Shown here piece after piece: positions 35,996-45,583 of a stretch of DNA of 64,000 bases. A program made the position numbers and the translations under genes. Where the stretch lies: positions 21,194-85,193 of the forward strand of contig JAPOYR010000006.1 of assembly GCA_026706485.1 (NCBI GenBank). The letters are read 5' to 3'. The notes beneath the pieces were generated by a model that had not been told where the DNA came from, made no database searches, and saw only the letters and a list, made by a program, of their open reading frames with translations. Origin of the DNA: Chloroflexota bacterium. GTDB taxonomy: Bacteria; Chloroflexota; UBA11872. Positions within the stretch are counted from its first letter, which is position 1; every line of letters starts with the position of its first letter.

Positions 35996-36814
35996 GTGCA
36001 CAACCTCAAGTTCTTGCTCACCGCCGCTGGCATCGTGCTGTTTTTCGTGGCGATCAGCGCCATGATGTTCTGGGGGGCCGCCACCTGCGGCGAGGCCATG
36101 CGGCAGGAAGCGGAGGCCACGCCCGTGGCCACGCCCGTCCCGGGGCCGGAGGGAACGCAAGCCGTCGATGAGGGCTTCGGACCGGTCCAGCTCATCGGCG
36201 TGCTGCTGCTCGGCGGCGGTCTCTACTATTTCTGGCGCCGCCAACGATCGCTCTACGAGTCCATCAAGGCCCGCGAGGGACCGACGCTGAATACGCGCGT
36301 TCGAAGCTCGATCGCCCAGCTCAACGTTTCGCACGAAGGCGAACCGGTGATCGAGGAGCGCATCCGGGGCATCGAGGAGCTCGGAAAGATCGTCCAGGAG
36401 TCGCCGCAGGACTACTGGCCCGTGATGGACGTGCTCAGCCGCTACGTGCGCCAGAACGCTCCGCTCGATGCCGAGCGCGCGGACGATCCCGAGATCGTGC
36501 GCCCGGACGTGCAGATGGCCATGACCACCATCGGCGCTCGCCGGCACACGCGGCGCGGCAGCGACCGGCTGAACCTCTCCGAGACGGACCTCCGCGGCGT
36601 GCATTTGCCGGGCGCTCACCTCGAGCGCGTGGACCTCTCAGGCGCGCGACTGGACGGCGCCGTGCTCATCAACGCCCATCTCGAACAAGCGGACCTGACT
36701 GGCGCGAATCTCACGCGCGCGGATCTGCGCGGCGCTCAGGGTGTTTCGAGCGCCCAGTTGGACGCCGCCGTCACCGCCAGCTCGACCCGACTGCCGGAGG
36801 ACGTGGCGCCCTAG
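35996..36814 (+). CDS. Pentapeptide-repeat membrane-anchored protein
   Basis: N-terminal TM then tandem A(D/N)LxG pentapeptide repeats (LSETDLRGVHLPGAHLERVDLSGARLDGAVLINAHLEQADLTGANLTRADLRGA). Confidence 0.6.
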   Translation: MHNLKFLLTAAGIVLFFVAISAMMFWGAATCGEAMRQEAEATPVATPVPGPEGTQAVDEGFGPVQLIGVLLLGGGLYYFWRRQRSLYESIKAREGPTLNTRVRSSIAQLNVSHEGEPVIEERIRGIEELGKIVQESPQDYWPVMDVLSRYVRQNAPLDAERADDPEIVRPDVQMAMTTIGARRHTRRGSDRLNLSETDLRGVHLPGAHLERVDLSGARLDGAVLINAHLEQADLTGANLTRADLRGAQGVSSAQLDAAVTASSTRLPEDVAP

Positions 36815-38697
36815 GACGCGGTGGTGCGCCCTTCGAGCGTCAACGGCCAGTCGGCCGCGGACGACTCCTCGCCGGCGGGCTGATTCACCAGCCGACGCGC
36901 CGCGTCCACGATGCCATCGACGCTCAGGCCGTGCTCCGCGCGCAAGCTGTCCGCCGGTCCGTGATCGAGAAACTGGTCCGGCAGGCCCAGGCGGCTCACC
37001 GTGATGTCGCGCCGGCCGTGGTCGGCCAGCAGCTCGAGCACGGAGCTGCCGAAGCCGCCCATGCGGTTGTGGTCCTCGATCGTCACCACGCGTCCCGTTC
37101 GCTCAGCCGCCTGCACGATCAGCTCCGCGTCAAGCGGCTTGACGAAGCGCGCGTTGACGACCGTGGCGTGAATGCCGTGGTCGGCGGCCAGGATATCCGC
37201 GGCTTTCAGCGCCGGATGCACGGCCCACCCAATCGGCAGCAGGGCGACGGTACCGCCTTCGCGGAGCACTTCGCCGCGACCAATGGGCATCTGGCGCAGC
37301 GGCTCGTCGCAGGGCACCCCGCGGCCCGCGCCGCGCGAATATCGAATCGCGAACGGCCGATCCGAGGCGATGGCGGTTGCCAGCAGGTGCCGCAACTCGT
37401 TTTCGTCCTTGGGCGCGGCGACGACGAGGTTGGGAATGGCGCGCAGATAGGCCAGGTCGAGCACGCCGTGATGCGTGCGGCCGTCGTCACCCACGACGCC
37501 GGCGCGATCGACGCCCAGCACGATCGGCAGCTCCTGGATCGCGATGTCGTGCACGATCTGGTCGAACGCACGCTGGAGGAAGGTCGAGTAGATGCACACC
37601 ACCGGTCGCAGGCCCTGGGTGGCCAGGCCGGCGGCCAAGGCAAGGGCGTGGCTTTCGGCGATGCCCACGTCGTGCACGCGTCCGGGCAGCGCTTGTTGCA
37701 GGTCCGCGAGCGCGGTGCCTTCGAGCATGGCCGCGCTTACCGCGACGATTCGCGGGTCGTCGCGCGCCAGCTCGGCCAGGGTTTGCGCCAAAACCTTGCT
37801 ATAGCTCGGCGCGGCGGTGGCTCCGACCGCCTGAGCCGTGCCCGGCTGATGCAGCGTCACCGGATCGCTCTCGGCGGCGGGGAGACCGCGGCCCTTCTGC
37901 GTGAAGACGTGCACGGCGACCGGTCGGCGGAGCGCCTTGGCCGCCTGCAGCGCCTCTTCCAGGGCGCGAAGGTTGTGACCGTCGATGGGACCCTCGTAGG
38001 CGAAGCCAAACGCCCCAAAGAACTCCTGGGCCGAGCCCGAAGGTGAGGTGGGCGCGGTTTCGCGCTGGGACGGGGTGAAGCGGCTGTCTGGAGCGGGCGG
38101 CGTCCAGTCGTAGTGCCGACCCTGACCCAGGTTGCGGCCCAGCGCCCCGACATTGGGCGAGATCGACATTCCGTTGTCGTTCAGAATGAGCACCAGCGGC
38201 AAGCCGAGATCGCCCGCATGGTTCAGCGCCTCGAAGACGACGCCGGAGGTGAAAGCCCCGTCTCCGATCACCGTGACGACCGAGGCGTCGTCGCCGTGGA
38301 CACGGCTGGCGAGGGCAACGCCCGCACCGGCCGACACGCCCGTTCCGGCGTGACCGGCGCCGATGACGTCGTGCGGGCTCTCCTCGCGCGCGGCAAATCC
38401 CGACAACCCGCCCGGTTTGCGCAAGCTCTTGAAGTCGTCGGCGCGTCCCGTGACGAGCTTGTGCGCGTAGGCTTGGTTGCTCGTGTCCCAGATAATCGGG
38501 TCGCGGGGGCTTTCGAAGACCCGGTGCAGGGCCAGCGTCAGCTCGACCACTCCAAGATTCGAGGCGAGATGACCGCCGTTGGCCTGAACCGTATCGATGA
38601 TTTCGGCGCGAATCTCGTCGGCCAGGGCCGCCAGCTCGTCGGCGGCAAGCTGGCGCAGGTCGGCCGGCTCACGAACGCGATCGAGAATTCGGTTCAC
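36811..38697 (-). CDS. dxs: 1-deoxy-D-xylulose-5-phosphate synthase
   Basis: 628 aa; TPP motif GDGAFTSG...NDN and transketolase-like domains. N-terminus MNRILDRVREPADLRQL. Confidence 0.9.
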   Translation of the reverse strand: MNRILDRVREPADLRQLAADELAALADEIRAEIIDTVQANGGHLASNLGVVELTLALHRVFESPRDPIIWDTSNQAYAHKLVTGRADDFKSLRKPGGLSGFAAREESPHDVIGAGHAGTGVSAGAGVALASRVHGDDASVVTVIGDGAFTSGVVFEALNHAGDLGLPLVLILNDNGMSISPNVGALGRNLGQGRHYDWTPPAPDSRFTPSQRETAPTSPSGSAQEFFGAFGFAYEGPIDGHNLRALEEALQAAKALRRPVAVHVFTQKGRGLPAAESDPVTLHQPGTAQAVGATAAPSYSKVLAQTLAELARDDPRIVAVSAAMLEGTALADLQQALPGRVHDVGIAESHALALAAGLATQGLRPVVCIYSTFLQRAFDQIVHDIAIQELPIVLGVDRAGVVGDDGRTHHGVLDLAYLRAIPNLVVAAPKDENELRHLLATAIASDRPFAIRYSRGAGRGVPCDEPLRQMPIGRGEVLREGGTVALLPIGWAVHPALKAADILAADHGIHATVVNARFVKPLDAELIVQAAERTGRVVTIEDHNRMGGFGSSVLELLADHGRRDITVSRLGLPDQFLDHGPADSLRAEHGLSVDGIVDAARRLVNQPAGEESSAADWPLTLEGRTTAS

Positions 38698-38744
38698 AAT
38701 GCCCCCTTGGCCAGGATCGGCCAGTTCCCGATGGTGCCTGCTTT

Positions 38745-39764
38745 ATGACCAACGCGCAAAGCCAGCCCAGCCGCCGCCCGCGGGTGCTCAGCCTGGTCGA
38801 GTTGGCCGGACCCGCGGTTAAGCGTCTGCGGCGTGTCGCCGATCTCACGCTGCGCCCCTGGACCGAAACCCAGGAACTGGTCGATCCGCTCGAACTTGCG
38901 GCGGAGATCGAGGAGCACGGCTATGGCGCCCTGTTCATCGAAGCGGACTTCGTATTCGAGGAAACGATTGTCAGCGCGCCGACGTTGCGGTTCGTCGGGA
39001 TTTGCCGCGTGGACCACGGCCACGTCGACCTCGACGCGGCCGCGGCTGCCGGCGTGGTGGTGGCCAACACTCCGGGCCGAAACTCGCAGGCGGTTGCCGA
39101 ACTCACGCTCACGCTCATGCTCAATCTGGTGCGCCCGGTGATCGAGGCGTCTCGGTTCGTTGCTGAAGGCGCCTGGGCCGATCCCACCGCCGGATACACG
39201 GGCTTTCGCGGCACGGAGCTCGGCGAGCAGACCGTCGGCATCATCGGCCTGGGAGCCATTGGGCGGCGCACGGCCGCCTTGCTGCGACCGTTTGGCTGCC
39301 GGATTCTGGCCAGCGACCCGGCAGTTTCCGCCGAGGAGATGCACGCGCTCGGCTGCACCGCCGCGTCGCTTGACGAGCTGCTCGCTGCCTCAACCCTGGT
39401 CGCGGTGCACTGTCCGGCGCTCCCCCAGACTCAGGGCCTCATCGATTCCGCCGCCCTGGCCAGGCTGCCGTCCGGGGCGCGCCTGGTCGCCACGACCGGC
39501 GAGGGCGTGGTGGACACCGCGGCCCTGGCCGCCGCCCTCGAGGACGGCCGGCTCGCCGGCGCCGCGCTCGACGTGTTCGAGACGCATCCGCTGCCTCCCG
39601 AGCACCCCCTGCTCTCGGCGCCGAACGTGATCCTCTTGCCGCACATCGGCGGCGCCACCGACGACACCGTGACGCGGCACTCCGACATGATCGTGGACGA
39701 CTACCTGCGCTTTCTGGCTGGCGAGCCACTCCTCAATCCGGTTCCGCCAAACCCGCGTTCATGA
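38745..39764 (+). CDS. D-isomer-specific 2-hydroxyacid dehydrogenase, paralog 2
   Basis: GIIGLGAIGRR Rossmann motif, catalytic LLPHIGGAT region. Confidence 0.75.
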   Translation: MTNAQSQPSRRPRVLSLVELAGPAVKRLRRVADLTLRPWTETQELVDPLELAAEIEEHGYGALFIEADFVFEETIVSAPTLRFVGICRVDHGHVDLDAAAAAGVVVANTPGRNSQAVAELTLTLMLNLVRPVIEASRFVAEGAWADPTAGYTGFRGTELGEQTVGIIGLGAIGRRTAALLRPFGCRILASDPAVSAEEMHALGCTAASLDELLAASTLVAVHCPALPQTQGLIDSAALARLPSGARLVATTGEGVVDTAALAAALEDGRLAGAALDVFETHPLPPEHPLLSAPNVILLPHIGGATDDTVTRHSDMIVDDYLRFLAGEPLLNPVPPNPRS

Positions 39765-41224
39765 CCGCTGCGACCGCCTATCTCGGCGTCGACATCGGCT
39801 CGTCGGGGACGCGCGTGGTGGCGCTGGATTCGACGGGCCAGATCCGGGCGGTCGCCGAGCGGAAGCGTGGGCGCAGGCCGATCGTTATCGCCGACCTCGA
39901 GCGCAGTCTCGACGTCGACCGCATCTGGTCCGAGGTCGCGGCGTGCGTGTTCGAGGTGGCTTCGCAATGCGCCGGTGTCCGGTCGCTCGGGGTGTGCGCC
40001 ATGCGCCAGACCCTCGTGGTGCTGGACGACGAGGAGGCGGTGCTCTTCGCCTCGGGCAATGACGACCTGCGAGCGTCGCTCCACGGCGCCGCTGTCGACG
40101 CCGCCCATGGGGACCTCCTCATGCGTCAGACGGGTCGTGCGCTGGCGGCGATCTCCTGGCCCGGCAAGCTGGCATGGGTCGAGGCCGAGGCGCCGGACAT
40201 CGCGGCGCGCGCCCGAGCGGTGACCACGCTCGAGGGCTGGATCGTGCGGCGCCTAACCGGCGCCGATTCGATCGGATCGGTGAGCGCCGCCGAAACCGGC
40301 GCCCGATCGGTGCCTGAGGCACGCTGGCTGGACGCCATACTCCCCGACTGGACCCACTCGCTGCGCCCGCCGGTCGCGGACGGCGCCGCCGCGTCCCAAA
40401 TGTCCGCCACCCAGGCCCGGACGCTCGGGCTGCCCCGGGGGCTGCCGGTTGCGATGGGCGTACCCGACACGCATGCGGCGGAGCTGGGCTCGCGGACGGC
40501 GGGTTTCGCCGACGGCGACTGCGTGACCGCCGGGTGGAGTCTCACGACCGTTCGGCCGCATGCGGCGTGGGATGCCGAGGCTCCCGTTTGGCGGGGTCTT
40601 CGCATCGGCGGCGGCTACCTGGCCGAGAGCAACGCCGGCGACCTGGCCAGCGGCTATGCCTGGCTGAGCCAGGGCGGCGACGGCGAGCTGACCAATCTGG
40701 CGAACCCGACCGACTCCGCAGCCGAGCGCGGGTTCTTCGCCACAACCGGCGCTCGCGTCATGGACGTGGCGGCCGTGGGTCTCGGAGCCGCCGGGGTGGT
40801 ATCGCCCATGCCCTTCGCCGAAGCCGTGCCCACGCGCGAGCTGCTGGCCACCGCGGTGCTGGAGGACATGGCCTTTGTCGTGCGGGGAAACCGCGATCGC
40901 TTGCCGCCGTCGATGGCGCCCGACGCGCCGGTGCGCTTGACCGGCGGGTTCGCCGCCGCTCCAGCCGCGAGCCCGATCTTGGCGAACGTGCTGGGGGCGC
41001 CGGTGGCGGTCTACCCCGGGATTCCGGTTACGGCCATCGGCGCCGCGATCTGTGGGGCGGCTGCGTCGGGTGACTTCACGCTCGACGAGGCCGCGACGCG
41101 GTTGGCGCCGGCGCCGCAGCTCCACGAGCCGGACCCCTCGGCCACGCGCGCGTACGATGGACACTACGCATGCTGGGTGGACCTGAGATCCCGGCTGGAG
41201 GCCTTTGTGCAAGAGACGCTATGA
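39761..41224 (+). CDS. FGGY-family carbohydrate kinase
   Basis: N-terminal YLGVDIGSSGTRV actin-fold ATPase motif, 487 aa. 4-nt overlaps on both sides. Confidence 0.65.
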   Translation: MTAATAYLGVDIGSSGTRVVALDSTGQIRAVAERKRGRRPIVIADLERSLDVDRIWSEVAACVFEVASQCAGVRSLGVCAMRQTLVVLDDEEAVLFASGNDDLRASLHGAAVDAAHGDLLMRQTGRALAAISWPGKLAWVEAEAPDIAARARAVTTLEGWIVRRLTGADSIGSVSAAETGARSVPEARWLDAILPDWTHSLRPPVADGAAASQMSATQARTLGLPRGLPVAMGVPDTHAAELGSRTAGFADGDCVTAGWSLTTVRPHAAWDAEAPVWRGLRIGGGYLAESNAGDLASGYAWLSQGGDGELTNLANPTDSAAERGFFATTGARVMDVAAVGLGAAGVVSPMPFAEAVPTRELLATAVLEDMAFVVRGNRDRLPPSMAPDAPVRLTGGFAAAPAASPILANVLGAPVAVYPGIPVTAIGAAICGAAASGDFTLDEAATRLAPAPQLHEPDPSATRAYDGHYACWVDLRSRLEAFVQETL

Positions 41225-41886
41225 ACTCCGCCGCAGCGCGAGCCGCGGTGCTCGAGGCCAGGCAGGCCATGTACCGCGAGGGATTGGTCGTGGGCACGGC
41301 GGGAAACGTCAGCATCCGCGCCGACGGCCACACCGACGCCATGCACATCACTCCCAGCCGCATGCCGTCCGACGAGACGACGGTCGACGACATCGTGACA
41401 GTGACATTCGACGGCGATCCCATCGAGGGCGACCGCATCCCGTCGGTCGAGTGCCTCATGCACGGGGCGGTCTATCGGGCGCGGGAGGACGTTCGCGCGG
41501 TGGTCCACGCGCACCCCGTGTTTGCCAGCGTGCTGGCCGTGCGCCATGAGGAAATCCCGCCGATCCTCGACGAGCAGGTCGTGTACGTCGGCGGTGAGGT
41601 CGCGGTCAGCGACTACGCCCCGTCCGCCACCGAGGAACTGGCCGAGGCGACCGTTGCCGCCCTGGGTCCGCGGATGGCCGTGCTGCTGGCGAATCACGGC
41701 ACCCTCGCGGTGGGGTCCGATCCCGAGCATGCGCTCGAGGTCACCCGGCTGGTCGAGCGTCTGGCCCAGATTTGGTACTTCGCCGACGCCCGACCGGGGA
41801 GCCGGCAATTGCCCGAAGACGTGGCCGCCGCTGAACGCGATATCTTTCACATGCAACGACAGGTCGAGATCGATCAATGGCGCTGA
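41221..41886 (+). CDS. Class II aldolase/adducin-family protein (L-fuculose-1-P aldolase / ribulose-5-P 4-epimerase-like)
   Basis: GNVSIR, zinc-ligand histidines (HAHP, HG), about 220 aa. Confidence 0.75.
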   Translation: MNSAAARAAVLEARQAMYREGLVVGTAGNVSIRADGHTDAMHITPSRMPSDETTVDDIVTVTFDGDPIEGDRIPSVECLMHGAVYRAREDVRAVVHAHPVFASVLAVRHEEIPPILDEQVVYVGGEVAVSDYAPSATEELAEATVAALGPRMAVLLANHGTLAVGSDPEHALEVTRLVERLAQIWYFADARPGSRQLPEDVAAAERDIFHMQRQVEIDQWR

Positions 41887-42245
41887 AGGTTCCGGGTTTT
41901 CTCTTGCGACGGCTCTACGTGAAGGGCAGCATGCGAGCCACGGACGACGGGTTGGCGCTAGACCTCTGCAACACGCTGGGGTCGGGCTACGCCCGGCGCT
42001 TGCTGCCGGTGGCGGTCAACGGCGTCGAAGTCAATCTGGCGGACTGCTTCTTCGAGGTCGACGGTGTCCAGCACGGCTTTGCCGAGGTCACGCCGGAATC
42101 GCCGTTCGGCCTGGTGATGAACAAGACGTCGACGCTGGTCGTCCGCGGCGTCGACCTGCCCCAGGGCCCGGTCACGCTGCGTCTCGGCTTCGAGGTGCAG
42201 GGACTTGGGGACCTTTCCTTCGAGATCACGGACGAGGCTGGCTAG
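41877..42245 (+). CDS. Hypothetical 122-aa protein
   Basis: Overlaps the aldolase stop by 10 nt; no family recognised. Confidence 0.3.
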   Translation: MALKVPGFLLRRLYVKGSMRATDDGLALDLCNTLGSGYARRLLPVAVNGVEVNLADCFFEVDGVQHGFAEVTPESPFGLVMNKTSTLVVRGVDLPQGPVTLRLGFEVQGLGDLSFEITDEAG

Positions 42246-42286
42246 CCGGCAGCGCGCCGCCATGAGCGGCGCGCGCCCGGAATAGC

Positions 42287-43270
42287 ATGCGCTGCTTCGT
42301 CACCGGAGCCACCGGCCAACTCGGAAGCGCGCTCGTCCGCGAACTCGCCGCCGGCGGCCACCAGGTCACGGCGCTGGTGTTGCCCGGCGACCCATGGGCG
42401 GCGCCGGCGTTCGAGGGCCTCGACGTCAGCCAAGCGACGGGCGACGTGCGGGACCCGGCGTCGTACCCGGATGAGACCTTCGACTGGGTGTTCCACCTGG
42501 CCGCCAACCAATCGTTTCACCGGCGCGACCACCAGATCCAATGGGAAATCAATGTCGACGGCGTGGCGCACCTGCTCACTTGGCTGGCGGCGCACCCGCC
42601 GAGGCGCGTGGTGCACGTCAGCTCGCTAGCCGCGGTGGGGCTTGCGGACCGGCTCGAAACGCCGATGGACGAGATGACACCGTTTGAGGCGGCGGAGCAC
42701 GGGCTGATGTACGCCATGTCCAAGCAGGCGGGGGAACGGATGGTGCTCAAGGCGGCGTCGCGGGGACTCCCCGCCGTGGTGGCCAATCCGGGCACGGTGC
42801 TCGGCCCGTGGGACCGCAGCGGCCATGCCTGGCGCATGCTGCGGCCGCTGGTGCGCGGCTGGGTCCGCGCCGTGCCGCCCGGGGGCAACAGCCTGGTCGA
42901 CGCGCGCGATGTCGCGCGCGGCCTCATGGCCATGGCCGCCGGCGCCCGGGCTGGTCAACGCTACCTGCTCACCGGTCACAACCTCACCTACCGACACCTC
43001 GCGAAGCGGGCGGGACGCATCGCTGGCAACACCGGGCCGATCGTCACCCTGCCGCGTTGGTTCCTTACGGGGCTCGGCGTCACCGTCGAGCCGCTCGCGG
43101 ATCTTGTGGGCATCGATTCGCCAATCGCCCACGATGAACTTGTCACCGGGGCAAGTTACCTGTACTTCAATGCCAGCAAGGCCCATCGGGAACTGGGCTT
43201 TCGGCCGCGGCCCCTCGACGTCACGCTCTACGACACGTTGGAGTGGTACAGAGCTGCGGGATTCAACTGA
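42287..43270 (+). CDS. NAD-dependent epimerase/dehydratase (extended SDR)
   Basis: TGATGQLG Rossmann motif, YxxxK (YAMSK). Confidence 0.75.
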   Translation: MRCFVTGATGQLGSALVRELAAGGHQVTALVLPGDPWAAPAFEGLDVSQATGDVRDPASYPDETFDWVFHLAANQSFHRRDHQIQWEINVDGVAHLLTWLAAHPPRRVVHVSSLAAVGLADRLETPMDEMTPFEAAEHGLMYAMSKQAGERMVLKAASRGLPAVVANPGTVLGPWDRSGHAWRMLRPLVRGWVRAVPPGGNSLVDARDVARGLMAMAAGARAGQRYLLTGHNLTYRHLAKRAGRIAGNTGPIVTLPRWFLTGLGVTVEPLADLVGIDSPIAHDELVTGASYLYFNASKAHRELGFRPRPLDVTLYDTLEWYRAAGFN

Positions 43271-43290
43271 GCCCGAGCGAAGTCCGCTTG

Positions 43291-43322
43291 GTGTAGGGGC
43301 GCCTCTCGTGGGCGCCCGTGCG
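43291..43322. repeat. Palindromic repeat family C copy 1
   Basis: GTGTAGGGGCGCCTCTCGTGGGCGCCCG. Copies at 44725-44760 and 57781-57810. Confidence 0.6.
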
Positions 43323-43324
43323 GC

Positions 43325-43708
43325 TTACTCCGCCGGCTCGTCCAGAAAGACCGTTTGCCGCGCCTCGCTGGAAAACGCCACCAGCAGCGTCGCCGTGTCC
43401 TCGCCGACGTTTATCGCCCAGTGCCGCACACCCTGAGGCACATGCAACAGCGATCCCGCGGAGAGCGTGACCGTCTGCGATCCGAGCGTGTGCTCGATCG
43501 TGCCTTCCGCGACAAACACCAGCTCGTGGCAGTTCGGGTGGTAGTGCTCCGGATTCGAGGAGCCGGGCTCGAACTGGGCGCGCCCAAAGGTCATCCCGCT
43601 GCCGGGCGTCAGGTCAGCGTCCGCCAGCCACTCCAGCGACACGCCCGGCACGTAGTCACGCCGGCCGCGCCCCACCGTCACCACGCGCGGCTCTTCCGCC
43701 TCGCTCAT
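43325..43708 (-). CDS. Cupin-domain protein
   Basis: Two cupin motifs (PEHYHPNCHELVFV; HVPQGVRHWAIN). Confidence 0.7.
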   Translation of the reverse strand: MSEAEEPRVVTVGRGRRDYVPGVSLEWLADADLTPGSGMTFGRAQFEPGSSNPEHYHPNCHELVFVAEGTIEHTLGSQTVTLSAGSLLHVPQGVRHWAINVGEDTATLLVAFSSEARQTVFLDEPAE

Positions 43709-43830
43709 CGACTCCGCCTTCCGCGACTGAGAATGCTCACGCGCCGCGCCAGCCTACGCTACTCCGTCGCCGTCCGATCCCACTGCTACCCTGACGCCAC
43801 TCGATCCCCCACCCATCCCAGGCGACATCA

Positions 43831-44694
43831 ATGGCGGCACAGGCATCTCCCGAACCACCCAGACTCCTTCAGTTGGCGGCGATCAACAGCTTCATGGGCC
43901 ACCCGAGCCCGGACCGGGAATGGAGCTTCGAACGTAAGATCGAGGAGGTAGCCGGGGCCGGATTCGACGGGTTCACGGGACGCGCACCACCCATCACCCG
44001 CCAGATGGTGGACGACTCGGGCCTGCTGTTCTGGTGCACGGCCGATATCGAGACCTCGCGTGACGTCAGGCCCGCGCTCACGGCGGCGCAGGACGCCGGC
44101 GCGGCGACGGTGAACGTGCAGATGGGCAACCACGACACGCCCACGCGCTCGGCGGTGGCGCTGGCCCGCCGCACGCTCGCCGCGGCGGATGAAATCGGGA
44201 TCGAAGCGGCGATCGAGGTGCACCGCGACACGGCCACCGAGACGCCCGAGAAGGCCTACGCCCTCGCGGACGGCTTCGCCAAGGCCGAAGGCCGGCTGCT
44301 GCCCATGGTGTGGGACCACTCCCACCCGGCCGTGATCAAGCACCTCCCCCCGCCGTTCGCCGGCCGCCTGCTCGACCGACCCGAGCTGGTCCAAAACTCG
44401 AACTGGTTTCACCTGCGCGCATTCAACGGGCATCACGCGCAGGTGCCGGTGATCGACGGCGACGGCAATCCGACGTCGGAGTTTCACGACTGGATCGAAT
44501 TCGTCGACGAGCTCATCAAGCTCTGGCTGGAGGCCGCGGCCCCCGGCGCCATCCTGTGGACCTGCCCCGAGATGATCGCCAGCGGCTACCGGCTCTCGGT
44601 GTTCACGGACAACTGGCGGCAGGCGCTGTTCATTCGCGACGCGGTCGCCGACGTCTGGCGCCGCCAACTGCCCGACTGGTCGCCGCCGGCATAG
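43831..44694 (+). CDS. Sugar-phosphate isomerase/epimerase (xylose-isomerase-like TIM barrel), tentative
   Basis: 287 aa, AP-endonuclease-2/TIM-barrel-like pattern with conserved E/H/D positions. Confidence 0.5.
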   Translation: MAAQASPEPPRLLQLAAINSFMGHPSPDREWSFERKIEEVAGAGFDGFTGRAPPITRQMVDDSGLLFWCTADIETSRDVRPALTAAQDAGAATVNVQMGNHDTPTRSAVALARRTLAAADEIGIEAAIEVHRDTATETPEKAYALADGFAKAEGRLLPMVWDHSHPAVIKHLPPPFAGRLLDRPELVQNSNWFHLRAFNGHHAQVPVIDGDGNPTSEFHDWIEFVDELIKLWLEAAAPGAILWTCPEMIASGYRLSVFTDNWRQALFIRDAVADVWRRQLPDWSPPA

Positions 44695-44724
44695 CGCCGC
44701 CGCCGCAGTCCCGAATCATCTAAT

Positions 44725-44850
44725 TCGTGTAGGGGCGCCCCTAGTGGGCGCCCGTCCGGATCGTCCCGAGCTACCGATCCAGTCCCATTGGGGCTGCCCT
44801 AACACCCACTCGACTCTGCCCGGTGGCCCAGGCTGCGTGCAGCCTGGGAT
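44725..44850. repeat. Repeat mosaic: family C copy 2 followed by family D copy 1
   Basis: GTGTAGGGGCGCCCCTAGTGGGCGCCCG ... GGTGGCCCAGGCTGCGTGCAGCCTGGG. Confidence 0.6.
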
Positions 44851-44916
44851 TTCGCCCGCGGAACCCGCAATTGGTGACCCCGCAGGAAACACCTGCGCTT
44901 TTGCAATGAAACTTAC

Positions 44917-44945
44917 TTGACAGAGACACACTCAAGTCTTACGAT
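44917..44945 (+). promoter_or_regulatory. Consensus sigma-70-type promoter upstream of the hsp20 gene
   Basis: TTGACA - 17 nt - TACGAT about 55 nt upstream of the ATG. GGAGGAGGA RBS. Coordinates approximate. Confidence 0.5.
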
Positions 44946-45001
44946 ACTCCCGACAGATCGAATCGGCGGTCCGAGAGGCGGACCGTACGGAGGAGGACAC
45001 G

Positions 45002-45433
45002 ATGGCCACCATTCAGCGTTGGGACCCGTTCCGCGAGTTGCTCGGCATTCACGACGCCATTGGACGTCCCTGGCGTCGCTCAGCGCTGCCGACCCGCACA
45101 TCGTCGTGGGTGTTGCCGGTCGACGTCCGCGAGGACGAGGACGCGATCGAGATCAGCGCCTCGCTGCCCGGCGTCGCGAAGGACGACATTGACGTTTCCG
45201 TCGAGCACGGCGTGCTCACCATCCAGGCCAAGACCGCCGAGGCGGACGAGGCTGCGGGCGACGGCTATGTGCTGCGCGAGCGTCGCGCCGGCAGCTTCCG
45301 ACGCGCCCTGCGCCTGTCCGACCGGGTGGATGCCGCTGCGGCGACATCCAGCTACGCCGACGGCGTGCTCACGGTGACCGTGCCCAAGCTGGAGACCAGC
45401 AAGCCCAAGCGAATCGAAGTCACGGTTTCCTAA
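45002..45433 (+). CDS. Hsp20/alpha-crystallin small heat-shock protein
   Basis: 143 aa; alpha-crystallin domain with AxxxxGVLTV motif (ADGVLTVTVPK). Confidence 0.85.
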   Translation: MATIQRWDPFRELLGIHDAIGRPWRRSALPTRTSSWVLPVDVREDEDAIEISASLPGVAKDDIDVSVEHGVLTIQAKTAEADEAAGDGYVLRERRAGSFRRALRLSDRVDAAAATSSYADGVLTVTVPKLETSKPKRIEVTVS

Positions 45434-45447
45434 CCACCTCCCCCCAC

Positions 45448-45480
45448 GGCGGCGGCCCGGGCATGCTCGGGCCGCCGCCG
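45448..45480 (+). terminator. GC-rich hairpin downstream of the hsp20 gene (putative intrinsic terminator without T-tract)
   Basis: GGCGGCGGCCCG-GGCATGC-TCGGGCCGCCGCC inverted repeat 15 nt after the stop codon. Confidence 0.35.
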
Positions 45481-45583
45481 GCGCGTTTCCGCCAGGATCC
45501 GGCGGCGCGAATAGACGCGCTCGCGCCGCCCCGCTACCGTTCTCGCAGCCGCCGGTCAGGCCGGGCGGCCCGGAGACGCCCCT

